Shown here: positions 9,589 to 19,059 of the stretch, one piece after another | How positions within the stretch are numbered: position 1 is the stretch's first letter | How the letters are laid out: each line of letters begins with the position of its first letter | IMG/VR virus record: IMGVR_UViG_3300025006_000006 | Location: 1-42,857 of that record | DNA length: 42,857 bases | Direction: 5' to 3' (one strand) | Source: a virus | Notes under the pieces: model-generated | Told to the model about the DNA's origin: nothing | The model's database searches: none | What the model saw: only the letters and a program-made list of their open reading frames with translations | Translations under genes and position numbers: made by a program

Positions 9589-9819
9589 TCACTGCTCCTC
9601 GTTGCTGTCGTCGACCGCAGGCGCTGCCGGCGTGGATGGGGTCAGCTCGCGGCACGCCGCGGCCTCGTCGTTCGGGTCGGCAAAGGCCAGACCCTTGGTG
9701 TCGACCAGGTGCACCGCCTCGGCGGCGCTCACCTTTCCGCTCTGGCCGCGCCGGATGCCGCCCACGGCAAACACGCCGGGGCGCGCGGTATCGGGGAAGA
9801 TCACTTCGTACTTGTTCAT
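9589..9819 (-). CDS. Small hypothetical structural-module protein, 76 aa (MNKYEVIFPD...)
   Basis: It uses an internal ATG of track ORF 9589-10173. That ATG at 9819 overlaps the stop of the upstream gene (ATGA). The N-terminal extension in the track is Arg/Pro-rich noise. Confidence 0.55.
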   Translation of the reverse strand: MNKYEVIFPDTARPGVFAVGGIRRGQSGKVSAAEAVHLVDTKGLAFADPNDEAAACRELTPSTPAAPAVDDSNEEQ

Positions 9820-10295
9820 GCGTCCCTCGCGATCGGGTAGTCGGCCTGCAGTCGGGCCACGAAACACTGCACGGGGTGGCGAATGCCCTGGTCGGGAATC
9901 CATTCCTGCAGCCACGCACCATTCACGTCGCCGGGCTGCGGGTTGCGCAGCAGCAGGCGGGCAAACAGCTCCGGCAACTGGCTGCGCTGGTCGGCGGCGG
10001 TCTCGCGATCCTGCTGGAACCACAGCAGCGCTACGTCCAGCTCGCTGGTGAAATCCTGGCTGCTGTGGCCGATCACCAGCCCGTTCTCGTCGCCGGTGCC
10101 CCAGCCGCTGGTCTTGCCCGGCGACTGCTCCACCACGAAGCACGGCAGCATGGCCGCGCCGATCTGCTCCCACGGCGTATTGCCGCGGATCACGCGCGCC
10201 ACCGGCGCGCCGATCAGCGCGCTGATCTCGGCGGCGAACGTTGCATCGTTCGCAAGCAAGGTCGCCACGGCATCGGTGAAGGTTTTCAGGCCCAT
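9816..10295 (-). CDS. Tail completion / tail terminator-like protein, 159 aa (MGLKTFTDAV...)
   Basis: This is the real C-terminal part of track ORF 9816-11051. The ATG is at 10295. It sits between the HK97 gp10-like gene and the tail tube gene. Confidence 0.6.
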   Translation of the reverse strand: MGLKTFTDAVATLLANDATFAAEISALIGAPVARVIRGNTPWEQIGAAMLPCFVVEQSPGKTSGWGTGDENGLVIGHSSQDFTSELDVALLWFQQDRETAADQRSQLPELFARLLLRNPQPGDVNGAWLQEWIPDQGIRHPVQCFVARLQADYPIARDA

Positions 10296-10708
10296 GCGCT
10301 GATGGCCCCCTCGACTTCGCGCTGGATCACCATCAGCGGCTGCTCGCTTTCCACCGCGTCGTCGATGAACAGTCGCGGCTTGTGGAACACCATGCGGTGT
10401 TTGCCGCGCCCGGCCCAGCTCGACACGTAGCCGCTGTGGATCGCGGCGGCATAGGCGGCGGTGTTGAAGATGTACGCCACGGTGGGCGACTCGATCTGCA
10501 TGCCCTGGTTGGCGCGCAGGCCGCCAGGCGTGCGCACCGGCACGGGGTACGTCCACGGCGCCGCCTTGCGGCTTCCGCTGAGGTTCTTGATCGCCGCGCG
10601 GTTCACCGCCGTGGCGGCTTTCTTCATGCCGCGGCTCAACGCCGCATCCAGCGCCTTGACCAATGCCAGCAGGCGCTTGCTCATCTGCGCAGGCGTGTAA
10701 GCGGCCAT
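10286..10708 (-). CDS. Head-tail joining protein (HK97 gp10-like), 140 aa
   Basis: Position in the neck module plus sequence features (NRAAIKNLSG..., FIDDAVE) recalled for this family. Confidence 0.6.
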   Translation of the reverse strand: MAAYTPAQMSKRLLALVKALDAALSRGMKKAATAVNRAAIKNLSGSRKAAPWTYPVPVRTPGGLRANQGMQIESPTVAYIFNTAAYAAAIHSGYVSSWAGRGKHRMVFHKPRLFIDDAVESEQPLMVIQREVEGAISAWA

Positions 10709-11199
10709 CAGCCCACCCCGACAACGCTGGTAGTGGTCGGCGGGTAGCGGCCGGTCTCCACCACGCCGGCGGCCAGGCCGGTGCCATCGAACAGGGTACT
10801 GTCATCCACGCCGCTGGCGCGCAGCGCCTCGCCAAGCCAATACAGCGCGTTCTGCAGGGCGGCCTCGGCCTTCTTGCGCAGTTCGGCCAGCACCATGGCC
10901 TCATCCTTGTTGCTGCCGGACGCTGCGTTGCTCTCGTAGTACGCGTAGCGGCGGCGGAACAGCACCATGGATGAATACTGCACCTCGGACTGGCGGGCGC
11001 TGTCTTCGGCGTAGCTGCCGACCGGCATGGCGGCGTAGACCGCCGCGCCACACTTCTGCTCCACCCACAGGCTGGCCGATTTCAGCACGCGCGCCAGATA
11101 ACCCGTGGCCTGCGTTTCGAAATCCGAAGGCATGCCAAACTGCGAGGCGGTGAAACCCTCGTCTTGCAGGTCCGCGATGGTGGCCTTGGGTGCGCTCAT
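10708..11199 (-). CDS. Head-tail connector / head completion protein, 163 aa
   Basis: It is the first gene after the capsid terminator and has a 1-nt overlap with the next gene. Confidence 0.5.
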   Translation of the reverse strand: MSAPKATIADLQDEGFTASQFGMPSDFETQATGYLARVLKSASLWVEQKCGAAVYAAMPVGSYAEDSARQSEVQYSSMVLFRRRYAYYESNAASGSNKDEAMVLAELRKKAEAALQNALYWLGEALRASGVDDSTLFDGTGLAAGVVETGRYPPTTTSVVGVG

Positions 11200-11212
11200 G
11201 CTGCCTCGTTCG

Positions 11213-11245
11213 AAAAATGCCGCGCGGGGTTACCGCGCGGCATTC
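11213..11245 (-). terminator. Rho-independent terminator after the major capsid gene
   Basis: On the minus strand, a perfect 12-bp stem AATGCCGCGCGG/CCGCGCGGCATT (11245-11234 / 11228-11217) has a 5-nt loop and is followed by TTTTT (11218-11214). Confidence 0.85.
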
Positions 11246-11269
11246 GTGGATGCCTGCCCGGTTGACCGA

Positions 11270-12343
11270 TCAGGTGAACTTGACGCGCGCCACCTGGTCG
11301 GTATCGCCGATCGCCGCATTCGCCTGGAACGTGCCCACGTAGTCGGCGGCGCGCACGTAGATGTTGCGGGCCGACTCGATGGTGAGGTCTTTCCAGTTGC
11401 CGCGCTTCAGCTTGCGGCCCGGCAGCACCAGGTAATAGCCGCCGAGATTGGCCGGCAGGTTGGCGGTGGCAATCACCGCCTGCACGCGCACCGTGATCGG
11501 CTGCACGTTGGCCTGGTAGGCCACGATCAGACTGCCCGCCGTGGCGGTGAGCATCTTGGTGATGCGGCCCACGTCTTCCGGCGCGCAGTAGATCAGGAAG
11601 CCCGCGTTGCTGCCGGCACCGTAGCCCTTGGCTTTCACCGCACGCAGGATCTTCGCGGCGGCCTTGTTCAAGGTCTTGGTGTCGTCGGTGTCGAACGCCA
11701 CGTCGACGCCGCTGCTCAGCGCGGTGAACAGGTCGTAGTGCCAGCTGGCCAGCTTGTCCTGCGCCTTGGCGTTGAACTCCGCCACGGTGTCGCTGACCGC
11801 CCACCACTTCTGGAAGCGCAGCCAGTCGTCCAGGATGCCCACGCCATCGGCGAAGGTGCACACGCTCACGCTCATCTTGCTGTCGGTGACGCCGCGGCGA
11901 ATCTTCACCTCGGCGCCCGGCTTGTACTGCTGGAACGTGATGCCGTTGTTCGCGTCCAGGATGTCGAACGAGTCCTGGTTGCTCGAGCGCATGTCCACCA
12001 GGTCGAACGCTTGCTGGTAGCCCAGGTCCATGTCCGGCATGTTGGTGTGGAAGAACTCCACCACGCGGTTGCTGGCGTCGACCAGGTTGGGGTTGTCGCC
12101 CGGCACCGCCCACTTGGTGGACAGGTGCGCCTTCACGCGCTCCACGCCGGGCACCACCAGGTTGCCATCCTTTCCGCCGATGACCTTGATGCCATCCACC
12201 GTGGCGATGCGCGGCGAACCACCCAGCTCGCCGAACAGGGCCGGCAGGTTGAAGTCGGTGTTGATCGCCTGTTCCAGGGCCTTGAGCTGCTCGCCCGGGT
12301 CGGCAATGGTGCCGAGCTTTTCGAACTTGCTGAAAGTGCGCAT
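11270..12343 (-). CDS. Major capsid protein, 357 aa
   Basis: It follows the protease/scaffold and decoration genes and is followed by a strong terminator. Its size is typical of HK97-fold capsid proteins. Confidence 0.8.
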   Translation of the reverse strand: MRTFSKFEKLGTIADPGEQLKALEQAINTDFNLPALFGELGGSPRIATVDGIKVIGGKDGNLVVPGVERVKAHLSTKWAVPGDNPNLVDASNRVVEFFHTNMPDMDLGYQQAFDLVDMRSSNQDSFDILDANNGITFQQYKPGAEVKIRRGVTDSKMSVSVCTFADGVGILDDWLRFQKWWAVSDTVAEFNAKAQDKLASWHYDLFTALSSGVDVAFDTDDTKTLNKAAAKILRAVKAKGYGAGSNAGFLIYCAPEDVGRITKMLTATAGSLIVAYQANVQPITVRVQAVIATANLPANLGGYYLVLPGRKLKRGNWKDLTIESARNIYVRAADYVGTFQANAAIGDTDQVARVKFT

Positions 12344-12356
12344 GTGGGCTGGCTCC

Positions 12357-12704
12357 TTAGGCCGCGAAAGCGTTGAAGGCGATCAGGCCGGTGGTGGCGT
12401 CGCCCGACAGCGCCGGCTCGATCGCGTAACCGACCAGCGTGTTCGAAGTGGCCACGTTGGTGAACGCCTTGGCCGTGTTGTCCCAGTACACCTTGTCGCC
12501 CACGGCGAGCGCCACGGCGGCCTTGGCACCACCGCTGATCTCGGCTTCGTAGGTGAAGCCGTTCAGCGCATTGGCGTCCGCCGTGCTGGTGGGAATGAGC
12601 AGGTGCGAATTGATCAGCACCGGCACGTGCGCGGTGGTCGCCGCGGTGTGCGACATCTGCAGGGTCTTGATCTGCGATGCCGGGGAGCGAACTTGCAGGC
12701 CCAT
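12357..12704 (-). CDS. Head decoration / capsid cement-like protein (DUF2190-type), 115 aa
   Basis: The start is an internal ATG at 12704 with a GGAG RBS (TGAGGAGACTTACACCATG). MGLQVRSPAS...GDKVYWD...LVGYA resembles the DUF2190 family. Confidence 0.65.
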   Translation of the reverse strand: MGLQVRSPASQIKTLQMSHTAATTAHVPVLINSHLLIPTSTADANALNGFTYEAEISGGAKAAVALAVGDKVYWDNTAKAFTNVATSNTLVGYAIEPALSGDATTGLIAFNAFAA

Positions 12705-12717
12705 GGTGTAAGTCTCC

Positions 12718-13812
12718 TCAGGCCGCCAGGGCCGGGTTGTTGATCGGGGAATCGGCCGGCGCCGCCTGGGTGCCGGGGCCGCCGGCATTGGTGTGCGCGC
12801 CCTTCATCTGGCCGGTGGCGTACAAGCCGCCGGCGCGCCGCTCGTAGCCCTTCTGCATGGTCTGCAGGCGCTCCACGTTGAACTCGGCCAGGAAGGCCTT
12901 GGCGGCGGCCACGTCTTCCGGCTTGTCACCGGTAAGGCCAAGCTGCCGCTCGAGCGCCACGATGTCGTCGACCAGCGCGGCCTTGAACGCCTTGGCGTCG
13001 GCCACGTGCGCCTTGAGCTGCGCCGGGTTGTCCAGCAGCGCGGCGTCGTCGCCCAGTGCGGTCTTGATTGCGGCCAGCGCGGTGGCGGCCTTTTCGCCGG
13101 ATGCAGCCTTGGCATTCAGCGCGTCGAAGTCTTCCTGCTTGATGTCCATGACATGCTCCGGCTTGGTGGTTTCGGGTTCGGGGTTTTCTTGGGTGGCGGA
13201 TTTCACGGCGCGGGCGCCGGGCTGGGCGCCCAGCCACACCAGCGACATTTCCAGCGCCTTGGCCGGCCCCATCCAGCGGCGCGCGGTCAGCTCGTTGCCT
13301 TGCGCGTCCGTCACCTTCTGCAGCGACTGCGCGGTGAAGCCGATGGACACGTCGCCAGCAATGCCGGCGTCCTGTTTGATCAGCAGGCTGGCGTTGTCGG
13401 GGGTCTTGGCGAAAAACGCGGAGGCCAGCAGCAGCTTGGCCTGGCTACGATCCGGGGGCAGCTGCAGGTCGGGCTCGCGCAGCAGCGTGCGCGCCTCGTC
13501 CAAGCTCATGGTCTTGGTGCTGGTGGCGTACACGCGGCCCTCGGCCGGGCCGCCATCACCCTGCCAGCTGCTGGGGTGCTTGATGTACACCCCTTTGCCC
13601 GGCAGGGTGCGCGCGAAGTCGTCCAGCACACCCTCGTCGAAAATCTCGTTGTCGCGGTCGATGCAGTTGTGCGCCAGCACGTACTCGCGCACCTGCAGCT
13701 CGTCGGCGGCGAAATCGCGCAGCGTGTATGCGCGAATGGCAGCCAGCGCGGCATCATCTGCCGCCTCGGCCGCCTTCACGCGCAACGCCAGCGATTTCTG
13801 CTGCACACTCAC
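12718..13812 (-). CDS. Prohead protease / scaffold fusion protein, 364 aa
   Basis: It lies between the portal region and the capsid gene. The N-terminal half is globular. The C-terminal half is Ala/Lys/Asp-rich and helical (scaffold-like). Confidence 0.6.
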   Translation of the reverse strand: MSVQQKSLALRVKAAEAADDAALAAIRAYTLRDFAADELQVREYVLAHNCIDRDNEIFDEGVLDDFARTLPGKGVYIKHPSSWQGDGGPAEGRVYATSTKTMSLDEARTLLREPDLQLPPDRSQAKLLLASAFFAKTPDNASLLIKQDAGIAGDVSIGFTAQSLQKVTDAQGNELTARRWMGPAKALEMSLVWLGAQPGARAVKSATQENPEPETTKPEHVMDIKQEDFDALNAKAASGEKAATALAAIKTALGDDAALLDNPAQLKAHVADAKAFKAALVDDIVALERQLGLTGDKPEDVAAAKAFLAEFNVERLQTMQKGYERRAGGLYATGQMKGAHTNAGGPGTQAAPADSPINNPALAA

Positions 13813-14177
13813 TTCGTGCGCGCCTCGCGTACCGGCTTGATGTTGGCCACGCGCCAGGCGGCCTGCTCACCATCGAGCGGTCCGGTGTAGTCCGGGTGGC
13901 GGAAGTCGGTGGCGGGGATCTTCCCGGCGCCTTTCGGCGCCGGGTCGACCTTTTCACCACCGCCCGTGGGAGTCTTGTCGCCCTGCTCGTCGCCGGGATC
14001 GCCGTCCAGCGCGATCAGCGCGGCGTCGATGGCTGCCAGCGCGGTCGCGCGATTCTTGCCGGCCGCCTCCTGCGCCTGCAGTTCCACCAGGCTTTCGCGG
14101 TCCAGCGCCGGAAGCTGCTCGGTGAGCTTGTCCACCGACAGGTCCAGCACGTCACTGATCTGGTTCTTGTCCATCAC
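13809..14177 (-). CDS. Hypothetical head-module protein, about 121 aa (probable ATG at 14174)
   Basis: The track start at 14177 is GTG and the next codon is ATG. The protein is acidic with a Pro/Gly-rich centre. Confidence 0.5.
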   Translation of the reverse strand: MMDKNQISDVLDLSVDKLTEQLPALDRESLVELQAQEAAGKNRATALAAIDAALIALDGDPGDEQGDKTPTGGGEKVDPAPKGAGKIPATDFRHPDYTGPLDGEQAAWRVANIKPVREARTK

Positions 14178-14269
14178 ATGGCAGCCTCTGCGCGCAGATG
14201 TGCGACTCAGTAGGCTGCATCAGACTTCAATCCCGCGATGCGTTTCCATGCGCGGATGTGCCACGCGGA

Positions 14270-16447
14270 TCAGTCGTCCGCGCGGCCAGCGATCACACAG
14301 AAACAACCGGGGTGTGAATCGCGCACGGGGATCGGGCCGGTGGCCACCTCATACGGGCCGGCGGCTTCGATCGCGATGCAGATGCTGCAGGCTTCCGGCG
14401 CCAGCATCCAGTCGTAGTGGTTGATGCCCATGTCCGTCAGCGCCTTTTTCTGGCCCATGGCATGGCTTGCGGAAATCTCGCTGCCGGCCAGGCGCTCCCA
14501 ATCGTAGGCGTGGGCGTCGAACTTCTTGCGCAGCTCGGCGGCCACCTGGCGCGGGTTGGTGCCGTTGTAGGCGGCGTCCTGCAGCGCCTGCACGATGTCG
14601 TTTTCGTACACGCGCACGGTGGTTTTCTGCAGCACGTTGTGCAGCTCGGCCGGCAGCGCGGCGGCGCGCTGGGCGCGGGCCGCGGCGATGATGGTGTCGG
14701 CGCCGGCGGGGCCGTCGCCCGCTTCGGCGGTGTTGGCGATGCCGCGGACCCACGCCTCCAGCACCTGCTGTACCAGCGCGCTGTCGGCGCCGGACTGGTC
14801 AAGGATGAACTGCGTCTGCAGCTGCAGCAGCTGCTGCAGCATGCTCACGGGGTCAAACGCGAACGCCTGCGGGGTCTTGCCGGCCACCGGCAGGCCCAGC
14901 ACGCGCAGGGTGTCGTCCGCCAGCGTGTCCCATGCCTCCTGCAGGGCGCGGGTGGCGGCGCGCTGGATGCGGGGCAACGCCGGGTCGTCGATGGCCCAGA
15001 TTTCGCTGGCGGCCTTGTGCACGTGCGCGTGCTCGCCGGCAGCCTTGAGCGTTTGGCGCAGGGCGGCGCGCACGATCGGGTCGAGGTCGTCAAGCGCGCC
15101 AACCATGGCCGCCTTGGCCGGCTGGGTGGCGGGGTCGTTTTGCTGGGTGGGGTCGGCGGCGGGCAGCTTGCCGCCGTTGGCCTGCATCAGCGCGGTCTGC
15201 GCATTAAGGAATGCCGCCTGCGCACGCTTGAGCTCGTCGCGCAGGTTGGGCAGGTTCTGCACCAGCTTCCAGTCGCCCGGGCGCCAGGTGAGACCTCGCC
15301 CGCGCAGCCACGTTTCCGTGAGGCGGTTCAGGCCGGGGCTGCGCGCCTCGAAGCGGGTCTTGCTTTCCTGCAGCACCACCTCGGCCTGGTTGTCGGCCAT
15401 GCGCTCGGCGGTGCCGCCGCCGATGCCCATCATCCACGCCGGCAGTCCGATCTTCGCCAGCACCTGTTCCTGCATCTGCCGGGCCGGCATTTCGATCTCC
15501 AGCGCCTGGCCATCGGCGCCGATCACGGTGACGCTGATGTCGTCGTCCGCGCCAACCGCCGTGGTGAAGTCGGCGCTGTTGCCGTTGCGCTTGGCGATCA
15601 GTGCAGCCTGAAGGTTGTCGGCCAGCTGCTTGCGGCGCGTGTCCAGCGCGCCGTCCTTCAGCGCGCGGTTCTTGGTCTTGTAGTTCACGTGGAACACCGG
15701 GTCGCCGAAGCGGTCCCACGCCTGCCCGGTGGCGTTGTGCATCTTCAGCAGGATCTGGCCGACGAACTCGATGCTGCGCATCAGGCTCACGCCGTAGGGC
15801 TGGTCGTTTTCCGGGTTGAACGCGCCGTAGACCAGCCGCGCCGGGTCGATCTGGGTATAGCCCTTGCCCTGCAGCACGCTCGCATTGAGCTGCCGGCCGT
15901 TGTTGCGCAGCACGGTCTCCACCGCGTCGGTGCCATCGCGCCGGCCGGTGACGCTGGGCATCGGCGGCAGATACCAGGTCTGCAGCTGGCCGGTGTCGGT
16001 ATCGCGGTGAAATAGCACGCCCTTGCTGTCCGCCACGCGCAGGCCGATCAGCTCACGCCCGCGCCGGTCGAACACCATTTCGCCCACGGTGAAGCCCTGC
16101 TCGTACAGTTCATTGCCCTGCGCGGCGTAGAACGCCTGCAATCCACTCTGCAAGTCGCCCACCGGCATGGCGCCGAACAGCTCGCGCTCGATCAGCTGGG
16201 TGAGCTTGTCGTTGCCGCCCTCCACCGCCATGACCCCATCCATCGTCACCATGCGGTTGATCGCGCCGTCGAGGATGCCCAGGGCCTCGCGCAGCGCCTC
16301 GTAGAACCACGGGTTCACCGTGCGCGGCACGAAGCCGTTGATCTGCGTCGTCCACGGCCCCATCGCCATCCCGGCCCGCGCGATCGCGCTGCTGCCGATG
16401 TCGTTGGATTTGCGGCCGGCGAACCAGGTGCGGGGGTTGATGTTCAT
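14270..16447 (-). CDS. Portal protein fused to a Mu gpF / SPP1 gp7-like minor head domain, 725 aa
   Basis: It sits downstream of the large terminase region. The C-terminus, WMLAPEACSICIAIEAAGPYEV...RDSHPGCFCV, matches the MuF-domain Cys/His signature. The ATG at 16447 overlaps the upstream stop. Confidence 0.8.
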   Translation of the reverse strand: MNINPRTWFAGRKSNDIGSSAIARAGMAMGPWTTQINGFVPRTVNPWFYEALREALGILDGAINRMVTMDGVMAVEGGNDKLTQLIERELFGAMPVGDLQSGLQAFYAAQGNELYEQGFTVGEMVFDRRGRELIGLRVADSKGVLFHRDTDTGQLQTWYLPPMPSVTGRRDGTDAVETVLRNNGRQLNASVLQGKGYTQIDPARLVYGAFNPENDQPYGVSLMRSIEFVGQILLKMHNATGQAWDRFGDPVFHVNYKTKNRALKDGALDTRRKQLADNLQAALIAKRNGNSADFTTAVGADDDISVTVIGADGQALEIEMPARQMQEQVLAKIGLPAWMMGIGGGTAERMADNQAEVVLQESKTRFEARSPGLNRLTETWLRGRGLTWRPGDWKLVQNLPNLRDELKRAQAAFLNAQTALMQANGGKLPAADPTQQNDPATQPAKAAMVGALDDLDPIVRAALRQTLKAAGEHAHVHKAASEIWAIDDPALPRIQRAATRALQEAWDTLADDTLRVLGLPVAGKTPQAFAFDPVSMLQQLLQLQTQFILDQSGADSALVQQVLEAWVRGIANTAEAGDGPAGADTIIAAARAQRAAALPAELHNVLQKTTVRVYENDIVQALQDAAYNGTNPRQVAAELRKKFDAHAYDWERLAGSEISASHAMGQKKALTDMGINHYDWMLAPEACSICIAIEAAGPYEVATGPIPVRDSHPGCFCVIAGRADD

Positions 16448-16629
16448 GCGTTGTCTTCCTCGAACCAAGGCCGAAGTTGTCGATAGATGCGGTCCATCTG
16501 CGCATGGCTGACAGTCAGCTGCAGCGACGCAATGGAAATCTCGTAGGCGTTCCCGGCCACGTCCGGGGCGATCTCCGCCGGCGACTCATCGTCGTCCTCG
16601 TCGCTAATGTCGATCTGGATCGTGGTCAT
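16444..16629 (-). CDS. Small acidic hypothetical protein, 61 aa
   Basis: It has ATGA overlaps on both sides and GC-rich third codon positions. Confidence 0.5.
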   Translation of the reverse strand: MTTIQIDISDEDDDESPAEIAPDVAGNAYEISIASLQLTVSHAQMDRIYRQLRPWFEEDNA

Positions 16630-16865
16630 GCAACCCGCGCCTCGGTGTCGGCGTATGGCTGCAATTCTTCAACCCAATCCAGAACATCCTGCAGCCTGTC
16701 AAACTGGTTGAATTCGAGCTCGCCAAAACGATCGGCGGACTCCGTCGTCAGCGTCACCGACCAGCAAGGCACTGACTCACCCGGAGTTGGCGACCACTCG
16801 TAAATAACCTCCGAAGCCTCGGCCCCTTTGTGCTTCAGCGCGCTCAATATCTTTCGCTTGCTCAT
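16626..16865 (-). CDS. Small hypothetical protein, 79 aa (MSKRKILSAL...)
   Basis: The internal ATG at 16865 overlaps the terminase stop (ATGA). Confidence 0.5.
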   Translation of the reverse strand: MSKRKILSALKHKGAEASEVIYEWSPTPGESVPCWSVTLTTESADRFGELEFNQFDRLQDVLDWVEELQPYADTEARVA

Positions 16866-18751
16866 GCCGCTCGTGCCTCCGTCCCACAGCTGAAAACATC
16901 CATCTCGCCGCCCACGTCGTCGTACAGCTTGCGCAGCATCTGCATGCGCCGCGCGTCGATATCGTGGTCGTCTTTCTTCGCGTAGATCGGCCACTTCGTG
17001 CCCTGGCGGGCGGTGTGGTTGGTCATGTGATTGAGCACTTCCACGTCATAGGCCATCGCGTAGCCGTTGGCCTGCAGGCGCTGGCTGATGCACTGCGTGG
17101 CCCAGTGCTTGGCCGGCGCGCGCACGATGGTTTCGCCGTCGCCGTCGTCGCGGGCGCGGTCCACCAGTGGCTCGCCGTCTTCGCCAACGCAATCCACCGC
17201 GTTGCTGAACTGGTAGCCGGTCATGACCTCGTCGAAGTGCTGGTCGGTGTAGGCCTCCATGGTCTGCAGGTCTTTCACCACCACGGTGCCGGCGCTGCCC
17301 AGGTCGACGCCCCAATGCGGCAGGCCGCCGAACAGCTCCTGCAGGCAATAGATCAGCTCGCGCTGAATGTAGTAATCCACGCCGCGGGCGTTGATGCGCA
17401 GCACGTCCTGTAGCTGCGGGCCGCGCTGTTCGCTGATGATGATTTCCGTGGGGTCGTTGGTTTCGCCCAGGTCGGCGCCGGCCCAGTACACGCCGGCCGT
17501 GGCACCGGTGAGGTATTCGCGCAGTAGCGCGCGCATGGCCTGGCGGCGCTCGGCGTCGTTGCGGCTGGCGAAGGGGGCCAGCGCCAGCGTGCCGTCGAAC
17601 AGCCAGTCGTAACTGCCTGACTTGCGACCTTGCTCCACGTGGAGCACTACACGTTTCACGGCCACGTGCAGCTCGCCGCGCTGGCGGTCGATGTTAAGGG
17701 TAAGCACGCGGTAGTCGGGCAGCTCGTGCACGTTGGGCAGCAGCAGATCCCAACTCCACACCGGGTTCTCGGCCTCGCCCCACTCGCCCAGCACGTTGCG
17801 CTTGTAGCCCGGCGTGTGCCGGCCTCCGAAGTCGCGGATGAACGCGGCATCGCGCTCCGGCGTCCAGAACGGCGCCGGCATCAGCGTCTTCGGCCACAGG
17901 AACAGCCGCCGGCCCGGCTTGCCTTCCGGCAAGCCCACCACGGCCTCGGTGCACATCTGGAAAAATCCGGTGCTGCGGTCGCCATCGGGCACGCTGTACA
18001 CACGTTTCACGCAGCCCGGCTCGCACGATCGCCAGAACTCACTCCACTGCACCGCGCGCTTGAGCTTGGCCGCCTCGTCCACCAGCGCCATGGCGTTGAC
18101 GTGCACACCGCGGAACGCTTCGCCGTCGTGGCCGGCGGGCCGGTAATACACGCGGCCAATGCCTGGCTTTTCCGTTTCGCCCAGCGGGATGGTGAGAAAC
18201 CGCTGCATCATGTGCGGCGTGCGCTTGGGCTGCAGCCAGAACTGGCTTAGCAGCGAGCCGCGCGCCTCGGCGCGCCCTTCCTGCGCGCCCACCTGGCCCT
18301 CGATGGCCAGAATGATCTCGTCCAGGTGCGTCTGCTGCGGCGCGCCCACCAGCATCCACGGCCGGCGCACGGTGAACCCCATCGACGTGCATTGGCCCCA
18401 CAGGATCAGCACCGTGATCTCGCGCGTCTTGCCGACCTCGGCGCCGTCCTGGTGCACCACGTCCTGCCGCCAGCTGCGCACGCTCTCGCGCTGGTAGTCG
18501 AAGAACTGCCACGGCTCGCCGGTGCGCGGCTCCACCATGAACGTTTCCGCCCACCGCACCGGGTCGACGAACACGAACAGGAACATCGCCTGCTCCAGCG
18601 TGATGCCGTAATCGCCCCGCGACAACGCCTGCCATGCCCAGCCCTTTTCGCACAGCCACGCGTCGAACTCGTCCGGCGCGAACACGCCGCGCTCGTCCAT
18701 CTGGCGCAGCACGTCGTGGTCGGCGGTGGGGCGGCGGCGGAGCTTAGGCAT
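16862..18751 (-). CDS. Terminase large subunit, 629 aa
   Basis: The ATG is at 18751 (MPKLRRRPTADHD...). It has a Walker A-like DGAEVGKT and lies upstream of the portal. The track N-terminal extension to 18949 overlaps the upstream gene and is rejected. Confidence 0.85.
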   Translation of the reverse strand: MPKLRRRPTADHDVLRQMDERGVFAPDEFDAWLCEKGWAWQALSRGDYGITLEQAMFLFVFVDPVRWAETFMVEPRTGEPWQFFDYQRESVRSWRQDVVHQDGAEVGKTREITVLILWGQCTSMGFTVRRPWMLVGAPQQTHLDEIILAIEGQVGAQEGRAEARGSLLSQFWLQPKRTPHMMQRFLTIPLGETEKPGIGRVYYRPAGHDGEAFRGVHVNAMALVDEAAKLKRAVQWSEFWRSCEPGCVKRVYSVPDGDRSTGFFQMCTEAVVGLPEGKPGRRLFLWPKTLMPAPFWTPERDAAFIRDFGGRHTPGYKRNVLGEWGEAENPVWSWDLLLPNVHELPDYRVLTLNIDRQRGELHVAVKRVVLHVEQGRKSGSYDWLFDGTLALAPFASRNDAERRQAMRALLREYLTGATAGVYWAGADLGETNDPTEIIISEQRGPQLQDVLRINARGVDYYIQRELIYCLQELFGGLPHWGVDLGSAGTVVVKDLQTMEAYTDQHFDEVMTGYQFSNAVDCVGEDGEPLVDRARDDGDGETIVRAPAKHWATQCISQRLQANGYAMAYDVEVLNHMTNHTARQGTKWPIYAKKDDHDIDARRMQMLRKLYDDVGGEMDVFSCGTEARAA

Positions 18752-18753
18752 GG

Positions 18754-19059
18754 TTAGGCCGCACTCTCGCGCAGCGCATGAATCGCGTTGAGTGCGGCCG
18801 CGCGGTCCTCGTCGCACCCCGGAAGCGAGCGGACGCCGATTTCCATGGCATCCAGTTCCTCTTTTGAGCTTGCTCCGACAAGCCCTGCGAGCGCGGCGCG
18901 CAGCTTGTCGCGCTGCTCGATTACCGCGCGCATCGGGTGCTGCTTGCACCCTGCGATATGGTCGGTCAGCACCTGGTTGCCGTGCGCTGGCGTGTCTTGT
19001 GGGTACTCATGCCCGCAGTACACGCAGGTGAGAATCCTGTGGCTCATTTCCTCGCTCAT
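18754..19059 (-). CDS. Hypothetical Cys/His-containing protein, 101 aa
   Basis: CVYCGHEYPQ...HIAGCKQHP suggests a zinc-binding motif. It is tightly coupled to its neighbours. Confidence 0.5.
   Translation of the reverse strand: MSEEMSHRILTCVYCGHEYPQDTPAHGNQVLTDHIAGCKQHPMRAVIEQRDKLRAALAGLVGASSKEELDAMEIGVRSLPGCDEDRAAALNAIHALRESAA

Noticed and set aside
9816-11051. Over-long N-terminal extensions in the ORF track. Examples are 9816-11051, 9589-10173, 16862-18949, 24678-25379, 24932-27283, 27622-28797, 30406-31251, 31294-32076, 31674-32855, 33741-34307, 35633-36580 and 36397-37040.
   Set aside because: The extensions overlap the upstream genes in another frame and have Arg/Pro/Ala-rich noise composition. 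In each case an internal ATG lies exactly at an ATGA or short overlap with the upstream stop, often with an RBS.
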